Source: Roseibacillus sp. (lineage in GTDB: Bacteria > Verrucomicrobiota > Verrucomicrobiia > Verrucomicrobiales > Akkermansiaceae). From it: a stretch of 64,000 nt of DNA. The stretch covers positions 64,001 through 128,000 of the forward strand of contig CBDEUM010000030.1 in NCBI GenBank assembly GCA_965242925.1, in the 5' to 3' direction. The notes beneath the pieces are model-generated. The model was not told the DNA's origin, searched no databases, and saw only the letters and a list, made by a program, of their open reading frames with translations. Positions 22,064-33,600 of the stretch are shown here, in pieces (position 1 is the stretch's first letter; each line of letters starts with the position of its first letter). The position numbers and the translations under genes are program-made.

Positions 22064-25000
22064 TCATGAGCGCGCCATGATATTGCCATAACGGTGCCTT
22101 GTTTCACTCACTGCCTGCTCGCGAAGGTAGTGTAAGAGTTCAATTCTGCCATTTGCGAGAATGGGCCAGTCAATGACCTCCACCTCCGCCTCGCAGGCTG
22201 TCCGCCGCAGATCCTCGGATGGATTCAAGGCCCGAATCCGTTCAACACCTTCCCCCTCCGATCGGATCCACCCGCACAGACCCGCTTCGGTCTCCAACCT
22301 CCAGTCCACCTTGGCAGCAACGGCCAGCGGAGTGCATGCACCCTGCCGCACTCCCGCACTGAGAATCACCTCCACCCCGCAGGTTCGCGCCGCCAGGAGC
22401 ACGAGGGCCACCTCTTCAAGGGTCATTCCCTCGGAGCGCACAAGGATCCGCCCCCCCCTGCGATAACGGAAGATGTTGGACTCGCCCAGGACTTCGGAAG
22501 GATCGTGTGCCACCGAAAATTCCTCGCTCCACCACCTTGCATAGCTCGCTATCGCCGCTCGAATCCGCTCCGTCGCAGGGGCCAGGATCCTGCAGAACGC
22601 CTCTGCCAGATCCGAATGCGCCCCCTCCTTACCGGCCCGGGGAAGAGACACCTCGCTCCACCTCGCCAGTTGCAGAACGTAATTAGGTCCTCCTGCCTTC
22701 GCCCCCGGCCCGATTGCCGACCGTTTCCATCCCCCAAATGGCTGCCGCTGAACGATCGCCCCCGTAATCGGTCGATTGATATAGGCGTTGCCCACCTCCA
22801 CACCTTCCCGCCACTGGCGAATCTCCCGCAGGTCCAGACTCTGGAGCCCTCCCGTCAGTCCGAAGCGGGAATCATTCTGCAACCGGAGCCCGTCTTCGAA
22901 ATCGCATGCCCGCATCAATCCCAGGACCGGCCCGAAACACTCGGTGTGCCGGTACCAACTGGAGGAGTGCACCCCCATTCTGATACCCGGCGTCCACAGG
23001 CAGGGATTACCATTCACCATCCTCGGTTCAAGCAACCACTCCTGCCCCTCTTCCAGTTCCTTCAATCCGCGGGCCAGCTCAATCCCGGGAGGCCGAATGA
23101 CCGGGGTGACCACGCTGGCAAGTTCATACGGTGCTCCCACCCGCAGACTGGCTGCCGCATCACGCAACTGACGCAGGAAGGAATCATCGTCATAGAGCTC
23201 GGCCTCAACAATAGCCAGGGAAGCCGCCGAGCACTTCTGTCCCGCGTGTCCGAACGCACTCTTTACTAGATCCTTGATCGCCTGATCGGGATCCGCCGCC
23301 GCAGTGATCAGCATGGTATTCTTGCCACTCGTTTCCGCAAAGAGCCGCATGGAGGGTTTCCATCCTCTAAAGAGGCGTGCCGTCTCGTAGGCACCAGTGA
23401 GAATGACCCCTTTGACCCGTTCATCCGTGAGCAACTTCCGCCCCACCCCATCCTCGGCCACCGGAAGGAACTGCAAGGCCTTCTTCGGGATACCCGCGCT
23501 CCAGAGCACCTCTGCCAGTCGCCACGCAGTCAGGACCGTTTCCGGCGGCGGCTTAAGGATCACCGCATTCCCGGCAACCAGAGCTGCAAGCACTCCCCCA
23601 CAGGCAATCGCGAGAGGAAAATTCCATGGCGGGGCAACCACCACCACTCCCAGCGGCGTTCGCTTTACCCCGTCCCCCAGCCCCGGACGCGACAGGCAAT
23701 GCCCATAGTAATTTGCAAAATCGATCGCTTCATTCACTTCCGAGTCCGCCTCCGGGACCGCTTTTCCCGCATCACGCTCCATGGTGGCAATCAGCACGCC
23801 TCGTGTCCGCGCCAGTTCAGTGGAAACCCTGACGAGTTGCTCCCCGGGAGTGAGCCCGGTCGACTCCGCCCAGACTTCCACTGCGTCTACCGCAACCCTG
23901 AGGGCCTCCTCGACCTCTTCTTCTCCAGCCAACCCGTAGCGGTAGAGACATTCGCCCGGGACAGACGGGTCAAAAGACTCCCCGGTCTGCACCGGTTTCC
24001 TGATTCGTCCTCCCACCTGGATCCCGATTGTCCCGGGAATCTCCACATGCTCGCGGATATTGTGCACCCACTCCCGGTTACCCGTCAGTGTCCAGTCAGT
24101 ATCCGCTTCATTCTCGAAAACCGTACCAGGCAGCTCCCCGCTCTCAATCCGCCGATCCTGTTGCCGTGCAGGCATCGCGCTCACTTCATCCTTGGCGGAG
24201 GCAGCCAGCAGGAACCGCTCTTTTTGTTCATTCCACTTCTGCCCCCCCGGGCGCATTCCGAAGAGATCGCGCAGGAAATTCTCCGGGGCCGTGTTCTCAT
24301 CGAGCCGCCGCACCAGATAGGCGATGGCGGAGTGGAAGTTCTCCCGGTCAACCACCGGGGCATAAAAAAGCAGGCTGCCCCCCACTTTCTCCACCGCCCG
24401 GGCCTGGTGATTCGCCATCCCTTCCAGCATCTCGATCTCAACCTGGTCCCGGACACCCTGTCTCTCCCTCAGAAGCAGGGCATAGGCCACATCGAAAAGG
24501 TTGTGACTCCCCACCCCGACCCGAACTGCCTTCGCGTGGTGTTTCTCGCAGGCATAGTGGAGCATACGCTTGAAATTGGCATCCACTTCACCTTTGAACT
24601 CGTATGGGGCCTGTTCCCAGCCGTGCACCGCTGCCTCCACCTTTTCCATGGCCAGATTAGCCCCCTTCACAATGCGCAGTTTGATTCCCGCTCTTCCCCG
24701 GGCCTGGCGTTCGCAGGCCCAGCTGGTCAGCTTCTGCTGCAACCCGAAGGAGTCGGGCAGATAGGCCTGTAACACGATCCCCGCCTCAAGATCGCGAAAC
24801 TCCTCTTCGTCCAACACCGCCTGGAAGACATCGCAGGTGAGATGCAGATCACGATACTCCTCCATATCGAGATTCACGAACTTCGGTTTGCCCTCAACTG
24901 CGTTGTCCTGCGCCGCGCGGTAAAGATCCCGCAGGGGCCCCTTCACCCGCTCGAGGGTATCCTCGTAAGCCAGGACGTTCACCTGGCTGAAGACCGAACT

Positions 25001-25591
25001 GATCTTCACTGAGATATAGTCGCAATCCGGACTTTCCAACCGACGGATATTCTCCTCCAGACGGCGCCCCGCCTCCTCTTCCCCCAGGATGGCTTCCCCA
25101 AGGAGATTGAGGTTCAGTCGTGCGCCCATCCGGCGTCGCTTCGCAATATGCCGACTCAGAAACCCCGGCTCTGCGGGAAGCACCACCTGCCTGCTTTCGC
25201 GCCTCATCTTGGCCGTCACGGCCGCGATCACGGCTTCCGGCGCCAGATAGGAACCAATTGCTGCAACCACCAGTGCGATGCGCTCATGCAGGGGAAGATA
25301 TTCAGGGGCGCCTCTGCTCTCCAGCAGGTAGCGGAACTGGGAGGCCGCCCGCCAGGCGGTCCGGGGACGAAAGACCTGATCCGCCATCTCCAGGGTGAAC
25401 GCCTTCCCGGCAGGATCTTCGAGCATGCGATCCATCTTCCACGCCTCATAGCGCTCCCCCAGACGCTGCCCCTTCCTGGCTGCCACCAGAATCTCCTCCG
25501 CCAGGCTAACCGCCTCTCGGGCCAGCGCGACATCATCCCAATCTTCATTTCCCGCCCGTTCCAGGTGTCTTCCCATCAGGTTCCCCTTCAT
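22064..25591 (-). CDS. putA: Bifunctional proline dehydrogenase / glutamate-semialdehyde dehydrogenase
   Basis: FVNLDMEEY, RIVKGANL, GSHNLFD, YLVRRLDEN (PRODH); PPWNFPLAI, AETSGKN, AGQKCSA, QPFGGWKRS (ALDH). Start uncertain. Confidence 0.93.
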   Translation of the reverse strand: MKGNLMGRHLERAGNEDWDDVALAREAVSLAEEILVAARKGQRLGERYEAWKMDRMLEDPAGKAFTLEMADQVFRPRTAWRAASQFRYLLESRGAPEYLPLHERIALVVAAIGSYLAPEAVIAAVTAKMRRESRQVVLPAEPGFLSRHIAKRRRMGARLNLNLLGEAILGEEEAGRRLEENIRRLESPDCDYISVKISSVFSQVNVLAYEDTLERVKGPLRDLYRAAQDNAVEGKPKFVNLDMEEYRDLHLTCDVFQAVLDEEEFRDLEAGIVLQAYLPDSFGLQQKLTSWACERQARGRAGIKLRIVKGANLAMEKVEAAVHGWEQAPYEFKGEVDANFKRMLHYACEKHHAKAVRVGVGSHNLFDVAYALLLRERQGVRDQVEIEMLEGMANHQARAVEKVGGSLLFYAPVVDRENFHSAIAYLVRRLDENTAPENFLRDLFGMRPGGQKWNEQKERFLLAASAKDEVSAMPARQQDRRIESGELPGTVFENEADTDWTLTGNREWVHNIREHVEIPGTIGIQVGGRIRKPVQTGESFDPSVPGECLYRYGLAGEEEVEEALRVAVDAVEVWAESTGLTPGEQLVRVSTELARTRGVLIATMERDAGKAVPEADSEVNEAIDFANYYGHCLSRPGLGDGVKRTPLGVVVVAPPWNFPLAIACGGVLAALVAGNAVILKPPPETVLTAWRLAEVLWSAGIPKKALQFLPVAEDGVGRKLLTDERVKGVILTGAYETARLFRGWKPSMRLFAETSGKNTMLITAAADPDQAIKDLVKSAFGHAGQKCSAASLAIVEAELYDDDSFLRQLRDAAASLRVGAPYELASVVTPVIRPPGIELARGLKELEEGQEWLLEPRMVNGNPCLWTPGIRMGVHSSSWYRHTECFGPVLGLMRACDFEDGLRLQNDSRFGLTGGLQSLDLREIRQWREGVEVGNAYINRPITGAIVQRQPFGGWKRSAIGPGAKAGGPNYVLQLARWSEVSLPRAGKEGAHSDLAEAFCRILAPATERIRAAIASYARWWSEEFSVAHDPSEVLGESNIFRYRRGGRILVRSEGMTLEEVALVLLAARTCGVEVILSAGVRQGACTPLAVAAKVDWRLETEAGLCGWIRSEGEGVERIRALNPSEDLRRTACEAEVEVIDWPILANGRIELLHYLREQAVSETRHRYGNIMARS

Positions 25592-25705
25592 TGCCCTTCC
25601 CTTACTCTTCACTCTGTCATCGAAACACACTAAGGGACGAAGTGATTGTCTCTCTCACCATCGATGACCTCGGACTCCATCTTGGCTCCCTCTCAGGATG
25701 CTCCA

Positions 25706-27061
25706 TTATTCGGCGGACAACAAGTCCTTCCACTCGTGTAATTCCACTCCTTCACCCAAACCCCCAACCTTGTCCACAAGCTCTCCACAACGCCTGCGCC
25801 AATGCGCATGGTCCGGGGCAGATTTTGGATCATCCGCACTGCGCGGAAAAACAAGATAAGTCACGGTAAGATCCGAGACCGGACGGCTATAGGGATTGGC
25901 CTTGGCGTTGATTTCACGAGCCATCCGCAGAGACGCCTCCCCCACCTTGAAACTCGGTCCGGCATCGCCCACGATAGCGGGATACGGCACGCCTCCATGA
26001 ACCACGATCGCAAAGTCACCTACATTCGGGGCATAGGGATCACGCCGGTCGGCGAGGACGTTGACGGGAATGACAATGAAGGGATCATACTCCGCGATGA
26101 GGAAGCTCGCGATCTTCATATCGGCAATGCCGGTTTCCAGCATCTTTATCCTGTTGAGCAGCCATGCCTTGCGTTCCTGCCCCGCACCACCCTCCCCGAT
26201 CTCGCGCCTCGCATTCCCGATACGTCGTTCCCAGCCCGCAACCATGGGATTGGGTGTTGAGCCGGTCTTCTTCCACCGGTAACTCGTAAACGGCTGGTAA
26301 TTGGTCGAGTTCACGATCTCGTCCGGCATCCTGGAAAGCCTGTCTCCATCCGATCCGTCAGAGACAACGTCCATCTCAGCCTGCATGAGAAAAAGACGCT
26401 GACCGCTCTCCTCCGAACGCAGATTCAGGATGGTTTCACAGTCGTAGAAATTGTGTCTGCTAAGCACTTCATCCAGACGTCCCACATTGCCCTTCAAGCG
26501 GGCGGCCTTGTTAGCATAAAGCTGGCGATACCATGCCGACACCTCGGCCCCGGGCAACAGGGTCTCCAGTCCAGGCAGAATTTTCAGGAGGTGTGGACTG
26601 GTCAGGGTCAATTCCTCCAAAGATCTGGCAGCTCTGGGCATGCGAACTTTCAGGGCATATTCGGCCAGGTAGGCTTCCCTGTTCCTCCTTTCCATGGAGG
26701 CCAGTTCACCGCTACTCGAATCAAAGGTAACCTTGAGATCTATTCCTTTCGAAAGCTGCCTGATATCGACTCCATCGGGCGGGGTCAACACGCCCGGCGG
26801 AAACGAAGGGTCTGGATCGCTCTCCAGGGGGGTTGGTGGCTCGAGAGATACGGGCGGCGCCCTGTCCGGATCAACCCGTTCCTTCTCCACTATGATTACC
26901 TCCGAACCAAACACCTCCTTGAGCCCCCGCTTGACCTTTCCCCCCACTGGCGTGAGCAGGGAGACCAGACCGAGGACGGCCACGAGTGCCAGCCCAAGAC
27001 CAAGGGTCGGAACTCCCCAGGCGGAACGCTGGCTCTTGGATTTTTTGCGGTTACCGGACAT
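25706..27061 (-). CDS. Membrane-anchored glycoside hydrolase family 75 (chitosanase-like) protein
   Basis: N-terminal TM; MDVVSDGSDG, PFIVIP, GDFAIV...YPAIVGDAGP...GEASLRMA, VTYLVFP resemble GH75. Confidence 0.68.
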   Translation of the reverse strand: MSGNRKKSKSQRSAWGVPTLGLGLALVAVLGLVSLLTPVGGKVKRGLKEVFGSEVIIVEKERVDPDRAPPVSLEPPTPLESDPDPSFPPGVLTPPDGVDIRQLSKGIDLKVTFDSSSGELASMERRNREAYLAEYALKVRMPRAARSLEELTLTSPHLLKILPGLETLLPGAEVSAWYRQLYANKAARLKGNVGRLDEVLSRHNFYDCETILNLRSEESGQRLFLMQAEMDVVSDGSDGDRLSRMPDEIVNSTNYQPFTSYRWKKTGSTPNPMVAGWERRIGNARREIGEGGAGQERKAWLLNRIKMLETGIADMKIASFLIAEYDPFIVIPVNVLADRRDPYAPNVGDFAIVVHGGVPYPAIVGDAGPSFKVGEASLRMAREINAKANPYSRPVSDLTVTYLVFPRSADDPKSAPDHAHWRRRCGELVDKVGGLGEGVELHEWKDLLSAE

Positions 27062-27073
27062 GACAAAGAGAAC

Positions 27074-27895
27074 CTACGAATCGTCTTCGGACACGCTGCG
27101 GGGCCGAAAACTCATCAGGTATCGGATGGCTGCCATGGGAAGGATGGAGAGCCCCGCCGCGAGGAGAGCCACCTTCAATCCAGGGTAGGAGCGGGCCCGA
27201 TCAAGTTGCAACGCCATCAGGGCATCCAGGACAACCTCGTCCCTGGAAACGAAAAACCACTCGCGGGAGGAGCTCTCCAGAGGCGCACCCTGTCGCCCGG
27301 CGACTTCTCCAAAATTCGTATGGACCGGCCCTGGGCAAACCGCCAGGACGGGGATCTGGTGCTCGCGAAGCTCCAGGCGCAGGGCCTCCGAGAAGCTGGT
27401 GAGGTAGGCCTTGCTGGCCGCGTAAACTGCAAAATCAGGAATAGGAAGCAGTGAAGCCAACGAGCTCACATTCAGAACCGCCCCCTGCCCCGAGCGCAGC
27501 ATATCGGGAAGAAACCCGTGCGTAAGATGAGTTGCGGCCGCCATGTTCAAGTCGAGCATGTGCTGCACCTTTTCCCAGTGGGCAGTCGCAAACTCACCAT
27601 AATCCCCCATCCCTGCGTTGTTGACCAGGAGGTTCGGAGCCCACTCCGTGCCCGTCACCTGGTCAATTAATTTCCGACGTTCAGCTGGGCACGCGAGATC
27701 CACCGGAAAGGAGACCACCTCCAACCCCGGATGGTCGGTTCGCAGTCTGACCTCAAGTTGCCTCAGAACTTCCTCCCGGCGGGCAACCAGCACCATGCGG
27801 CGACAGTGCGGCGCGAGTTGATCCGAAAACTCCTCACCCAGGCCCCCGGAGGCGCCTGTGATAAGCGAACAGTCATAAAGCAGGCGGGCGGCCAT
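27074..27895 (-). CDS. Short-chain dehydrogenase/reductase
   Basis: TGASGGLG, LVNNAG and YAASK motifs. Confidence 0.92.
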   Translation of the reverse strand: MAARLLYDCSLITGASGGLGEEFSDQLAPHCRRMVLVARREEVLRQLEVRLRTDHPGLEVVSFPVDLACPAERRKLIDQVTGTEWAPNLLVNNAGMGDYGEFATAHWEKVQHMLDLNMAAATHLTHGFLPDMLRSGQGAVLNVSSLASLLPIPDFAVYAASKAYLTSFSEALRLELREHQIPVLAVCPGPVHTNFGEVAGRQGAPLESSSREWFFVSRDEVVLDALMALQLDRARSYPGLKVALLAAGLSILPMAAIRYLMSFRPRSVSEDDS

Positions 27896-27918
27896 GAGAT
27901 CCCTGTCCTGAACAGGTT

Positions 27919-28356
27919 CTACTCCATCGGCGGCTGAGCGGACTGCGGCTTGTCCCGCGTTTGCGCAATACGCAGCGGAAGCCGCACCACCAGTTCGCCA
28001 TCGATTGTAACATCGACATGATAGATTCCCTCACCGGGAAACTTGAGCCCCTGAAAGTTGAGCACGAGGTTACGGGTCAGGAAGGGGACCTCATCGGGCA
28101 CCTGAATCGGCATCTCGGCCCGGATGGGCATCTTGGATGGATCAATCGATTTCCCGTCCTCGTCGATGATGTTGATCGTCATCTTGTGATCACCCGAATC
28201 CTCGGGAAGAACACAAATCCGCATGGCCAGTGAACAGTGGGGATGAACGACAGGAAGCTGGGGAGCCCGGAGCGCATCGAACGTTCCATTGATGACCAGC
28301 TTGCCGTTTCCATAGTCGGCGGCGAAATCGCAGAGGGTTGCTATTTGAATATCCAT
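27919..28356 (-). CDS. Conserved hypothetical protein (DUF6941-like)
   Basis: ATLCDFAADY-GKLVINGTFD...LNFQGLKFPGEGIYHVDVTIDG beta-rich small protein. Confidence 0.65.
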   Translation of the reverse strand: MDIQIATLCDFAADYGNGKLVINGTFDALRAPQLPVVHPHCSLAMRICVLPEDSGDHKMTINIIDEDGKSIDPSKMPIRAEMPIQVPDEVPFLTRNLVLNFQGLKFPGEGIYHVDVTIDGELVVRLPLRIAQTRDKPQSAQPPME

Positions 28357-28422
28357 TAAACTCTAAAAACTGCATCTGTCTGACCCGTCGCGGAGAAAAG
28401 GTCCAGCGTCAATTGGATGGAC

Positions 28423-30495
28423 CTACTCGTCCTCCTCGACCGGGATCGCCACCGGCGCATCATCGACCGGGACGGCGGGCAGGGCTTCCCCGACCGGATC
28501 AATCGGTTCGCCGTCCTCCTCGTGCGTCTCCACCGGGACAGCCCGGAAAATCTTGCCGCTCGGGATGATGACATTGCCATCCTCGTCCACAGGCAGGACA
28601 ACCGGAATAGCAGGATCTTCTCCCTCCGATTCTTCCACCACGATAAGCGCCTTGGATGGCGGCCTGATCATGTCCTGGATCTCACCTTTGAACTTTTCGA
28701 AAAACTCCGGGACCATGGGGGCCGCCTTGCGACCCCCGGAAACCTTCTCGCCCGGATCACCTTCGTAGAGCACTGCAAATGCCAGTCGCGGGTTTTCGGC
28801 CGGGAAGAATCCGGCATGCCAGGCAATCTCCTGATTGTTGGCCAGTTTCCACTGACCAGTGCCCGTCTTGGCACACACCTCGACGAAGCTCAATGAACCC
28901 CTCCGACCCGTGCCCCACCCGGCATGTGTCACGTCATACATGCCCTGATGCACCACCTGCACGGCATCAGGATCCAAATGAAGCGGATTCCGCGATTGGG
29001 GTTCAGATGCCTGTAGCACTCCTCCGGCAGGATCCTGCACCTGTCGGATCATCTGCAACTTGGGAAGGACCGAACCATTCGCAATACCCGTCATGGACTG
29101 AGCCACCTGGAGCGGAGTGGCCTCCCATGCCTGTCCGATCGAGTAGTTCGCAGCATCTCCATCGGTGAAGGGTCTTCCAAATCGCTTCAGGACATACTCG
29201 TTGGTAGGCACCCGGCCCGACGCCTCTCCAAACAGCGGAAGACCCGAACGAGACCCGTAGCCCAGTCTGCGGGCAGTCGACAGGAAGGCACTCGGTCCCG
29301 TCTCGATCCCCACCTGGTAAAACCAGCAGTTGTTGGAGCGGGCGATCGCTCGAGTCACATTCATCAACCCCTCCGGTTCACGGGTCCAGTTCCACATCTT
29401 GGCAGGCGACCTCCTGCCGACTTCAATGTAATCCGGACAATCGATCTCAGTCCATTCCTCCACCACCTTTCCGGTGAGCGCGGTCAGGGCTACCACCGGC
29501 TTGAAACTGGAAGCGGGCGGATAGAGCCCCTGAAACGCTCTTCCAAACATCGGACGACCCTCATCGTCGGTGAGAGTTTTGAGCTCCTCGCTGCTGATCC
29601 TGGGAATCCAGATGTTGATGTCGTAACTTGGCCTCGACGCCAGCACCAGCACCTCTCCGGTGGGGATGTCGATGACTACGAGTGCACCCCGCTTGCAATG
29701 ATCCTCGAGAACCTTCTCTGCATGCCGTTGCCAGTCCAGATTGAAGGTCGTCACCACCGTATGACCGATACGCGGCCGCCGCGTCAGCTCATCACGCAGT
29801 TTCCTGCCTCCGGAATCGAAGATCACCTTGCGCTCACCGGGACGTCCCGTGAGTTCCTGATCCATCGTCTTCTCAAGGCCGGCATCCCCATAGGTGTCTT
29901 CAAAGACAAGGTCTCCGTGCACGATGGGGCCATTTGACAACCGTCCCCTACTGCGCACGTAGCCAATGATGTGCGCAGCGGAAGGACCCCCGGGGTAGTG
30001 CCGGTGATAGATCGGATGCATGACCAACCCCGGGATGAGTTGCTTCTTGAAAGACTCCTCCCTGTCAGGAGGCACGAGAGAGGCCGCAAAAATGAGTGGC
30101 AACCACCGGCGGTGCTTGTAGTGCGAGAGGAAGACCTCGTCCGTCACCCTGTAGTCCCTTCCCGCCAATCTCGAAGCGTGCGTCAGGCGTTCCCTCGCCC
30201 ATGTTATGATCTCGGCATCAACCGGGTCCGGGAAATGCGCAAACTGGATCGCGAACTGATAGCCCACCCTGTTCTGAGCGAAAGGCTTGCCATTCCGGTC
30301 CGTGATCAGACCCCGGGGAGCCGGAATTCTGAGTGTCATGGTCCGGGCATCCGGCCGGGTCAGCACCGAGGCATCATCCGCTCCTTTCCCTTTGGACGCG
30401 GCGGTTCTGGCGTCCCCCTCGCCCAATTCCTGCCCCCAGAGGAGACACGAAAGCACCGGAACCATGAATGGAAAGAGAATCCGGCAGCTTCGCAT
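28423..30495 (-). CDS. mrdA: Penicillin-binding protein 2 (class B transpeptidase)
   Basis: APRGLITDRNG, RHYPGG, YPPASSFK (SxxK), SNN (SxN) and KTG motifs; start moved to MRSCRIL. Confidence 0.85.
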   Translation of the reverse strand: MRSCRILFPFMVPVLSCLLWGQELGEGDARTAASKGKGADDASVLTRPDARTMTLRIPAPRGLITDRNGKPFAQNRVGYQFAIQFAHFPDPVDAEIITWARERLTHASRLAGRDYRVTDEVFLSHYKHRRWLPLIFAASLVPPDREESFKKQLIPGLVMHPIYHRHYPGGPSAAHIIGYVRSRGRLSNGPIVHGDLVFEDTYGDAGLEKTMDQELTGRPGERKVIFDSGGRKLRDELTRRPRIGHTVVTTFNLDWQRHAEKVLEDHCKRGALVVIDIPTGEVLVLASRPSYDINIWIPRISSEELKTLTDDEGRPMFGRAFQGLYPPASSFKPVVALTALTGKVVEEWTEIDCPDYIEVGRRSPAKMWNWTREPEGLMNVTRAIARSNNCWFYQVGIETGPSAFLSTARRLGYGSRSGLPLFGEASGRVPTNEYVLKRFGRPFTDGDAANYSIGQAWEATPLQVAQSMTGIANGSVLPKLQMIRQVQDPAGGVLQASEPQSRNPLHLDPDAVQVVHQGMYDVTHAGWGTGRRGSLSFVEVCAKTGTGQWKLANNQEIAWHAGFFPAENPRLAFAVLYEGDPGEKVSGGRKAAPMVPEFFEKFKGEIQDMIRPPSKALIVVEESEGEDPAIPVVLPVDEDGNVIIPSGKIFRAVPVETHEEDGEPIDPVGEALPAVPVDDAPVAIPVEEDE

Positions 30496-30634
30496 GGTGG
30501 AGGCCCGCAACCCTAGCTCACCTCGACCCAATCAGCAATGCCGGGAATTTGTCCTCTATCATGAATCGCGCTCCACCCCCTCATTCGCCTTCCCCGGAGG
30601 CAGTTGGTTGCAATTTACCCGTCATCACCACGCC

Positions 30635-33600
30635 TCACTCGGGGCCGTCAACCCGGAGGCGGATAAAGCGGGAGGTAACCCCGTCGTAGCCAAACAGATC
30701 GCCGGCCTGGATCCACTCGCCCTGATCCGTCTCCGCGATCACAATCTCGGACACGAAGTTGGGACCCGACTGCCAGGAAACGAGATCGGAGGAAACCTCC
30801 GGAATCACTTGGTAACCCTCCGAGAGATAGGCCCGGAAATAAACCAGATTCAGTTCCCCGTCGGGGGAACGGAAGGGCGTTACCAGGGCATCAGCGTCAG
30901 CAAGATGCGGGTCCAGCCCGAGGGCGAACTCGACCAGATTAGGCAGTCCATCTCCGTCCTCATCAGCTACTCTTCCCGCTCCAGCCCCCTCCGGTCCTCC
31001 AAACTGCCGTGCCGCCCATGCCTGATAGGAGTCCCGGAAAATAACGGTCACCTCGCCGGTTTGGACCGGACCAGCATCAGGAGTAGCGATCAGCGCGAAT
31101 GTATAGCGTCCTGCGACGGGCACGGTCACCGTGGTATCCTCGTTGCTCCCATTCCCCAAGGTGGCCACCGCGGGTCCATTCTCCAGAATCCAGTTGAGCG
31201 TGACGTCGGCACGATCAAGGGGACCGTAATGAACCGTGGCATTGAGGGTTGCACCCGCCGGCAGGGCGATTTCCTGGTCCACGCCACCAAAAACGAAGAA
31301 CCCGCTCCCGGCACCGGGTGACCCTCCCGCTGCCCGTGCTGACGTCCAGCTCTCCTTTTCACCCCATCGGCCGGGACTGCCGTATTCATCGACAATCACC
31401 AGAGAGTAGCCTCCCCCATCAGTGGAGGGATACCACCAGTCCCGGTAAATGAAATCGTGCACCACCGCATTGAGATCAACGATCTCCAATCGCAGGCGAT
31501 CCTGATCATTGTCGAGTTTTCCGGACCACTCCCCGGCAATGTTGACCCCGAATCCATGGACGGCCTGAAAGACGTCCTCATCTGAAACCACCACCGCATA
31601 CTCACCCGGCGCGAGAATCATTTCCGGAAACTCAAACTCGATCCCCTTCGTAAACTCGACTCCGTCGAGATTAATCGGAAGATTCCCAACGTTGCGAACT
31701 TCAATGAACTCGGAATCGGCAAACTCGACAGGGTGATACATGATCTCCGTCATCCGAAGCGACTCCAGCACGCGGTTTTCAGGGCTCAGGTCCGTGCTGT
31801 TCGAGAACCCGGGCGTCGGGACGGCAAACTGGACGTACAGCGACGCCCCGTCCGTTTCGCGACCCTGCGACTGATCCGGGGCATCACACGCGGTATGAAC
31901 CCGATCAATCTCCACCTGGTTCGATCCATAAATCGCCACCCACCCGTAGGCGGCCCCCAACTTGAAAGGCAGCTCAGAGGGACTGTTGGCACTGGTCCCC
32001 GCCGCCTCCAGGACTGCGAATCCCCCGCCCCCAATGAAACTCAGGGCAGGCAGGATAGCTGACCGGGTAAAGTTGAGCGGATCATCCGTGATCAATGTCC
32101 CTCCGATTGAGATGGGCAACGGTTCAGGATTGTAGAGTTCCAGAAAATCCTGGGTGTATACAACCTCTGGCTTACTCAACCACTCATTGAGACGCAATCC
32201 CGCTGGATTGCCCAGGGAGAGGGGTTGGTTGAGCCCGCCAGGTGTAGGCAGGGTCAAACCCCAGTCAATCTCTCCCGGTCCGATCCGACCGATGGACAAG
32301 TTCTCCACCTGAGGACCGAAAACCACCGAATCCACAAGGGTTCCGGCGGGGTTGAAGAGCAAGACGTTTTCCCCGGCACCATTGAGAGAGAAGCCAAGAC
32401 GGATTCCCTGTCCCGTGCCCGAATCCGCATAAAGCATGAGGCGCTGGCCACTGGCGATCGATGTTCCAACCGGAAAAACGAACTTCAGGGGGTCCGAGGG
32501 ATCGTCCGTGATCGAATAGCCGCTGAGGGAGCGGGTCAACCCCGTGTTCCCCAGCTCTATATAGTCGGGAAATTTCCCATCCACTTCATGGGCCGATTCG
32601 TTCACGGCTAGCACCTCGCTGAGGAACAGCGTCCCATGAGGCGAGCTCTCTGAACTCAGGGTAGTGGGAGCCAGGAGTGGAGGAGCAGGACCAAGTTCCT
32701 CGTCCACAATCCCCCGAACATGAGTCCGCCGGTCGTCCATGAAGTCGATGAGATCATCCATCACGTTCTGCGGAACCCAGCCCGAAAGATGGTTCGACAA
32801 GAGAGCATCAAAACGCGTTTTCGAAAAACTGGTCTGGATCAGGTCCCGCAGGGCCTGGAAATAACGGATTCGGATGGCGGGTTCCTCAAAAAGCGGAACG
32901 AGCGGACCGAGGGTCTGTCCTGACCTCACCATGTCGAAGAGAGTGTGCTCCGGGTCGGTGATACGCGATCCGTCTCCCCGGCCCAGAATGGTGTCCAGAT
33001 CGTGTGGGATAAACTGAAACCTCGGATCGATCACTCCACGATACATGCTGTAGTCGTCATCGGTTCCGTTACTGGCGTTCGTCTCCCCGTTCGCTATGAG
33101 AGTTTCTGCTGCAAACCAACGCATCCACTGGTCAAGGTTGGCCACGACCTCGACCTGATCGATGTAATCCGGATCGTTATCCGCCTGGTTCATGACGCGG
33201 AGAAACTCATCGAGATCAGTCCAGTCATTCTCCGAGCCATTGGTCTGCTTTCCCCATCCATCCCGGGCATATCGGTCCAGGTCCCCACCGCGGTAGGCCC
33301 AGTTCACATCGGGGCGCACCTTCTTGTAGAGATTGCCCTGTGGATCCTGGGTCATTTTCTCATCGACAAATTCGAAGTTGAGCGGCTGGAGGTGCACGAA
33401 ACTTCCGTAATCTTCCTGCCTGTCTCTGGCCGGATCGTTGCCATTCCGCCGAAAGGCGATGCGCTTGCTGTCGGGAGCCGGGAGATCACTTGCCTGGAAA
33501 AGCTTCATTCCGATGAACTGAAGCCACGTATACTGGGTATTCAGGTTCATCTGACTCGATCCGTTCCAAGGCCTGTCGCGGGGAAGATTGACCCGCATTG

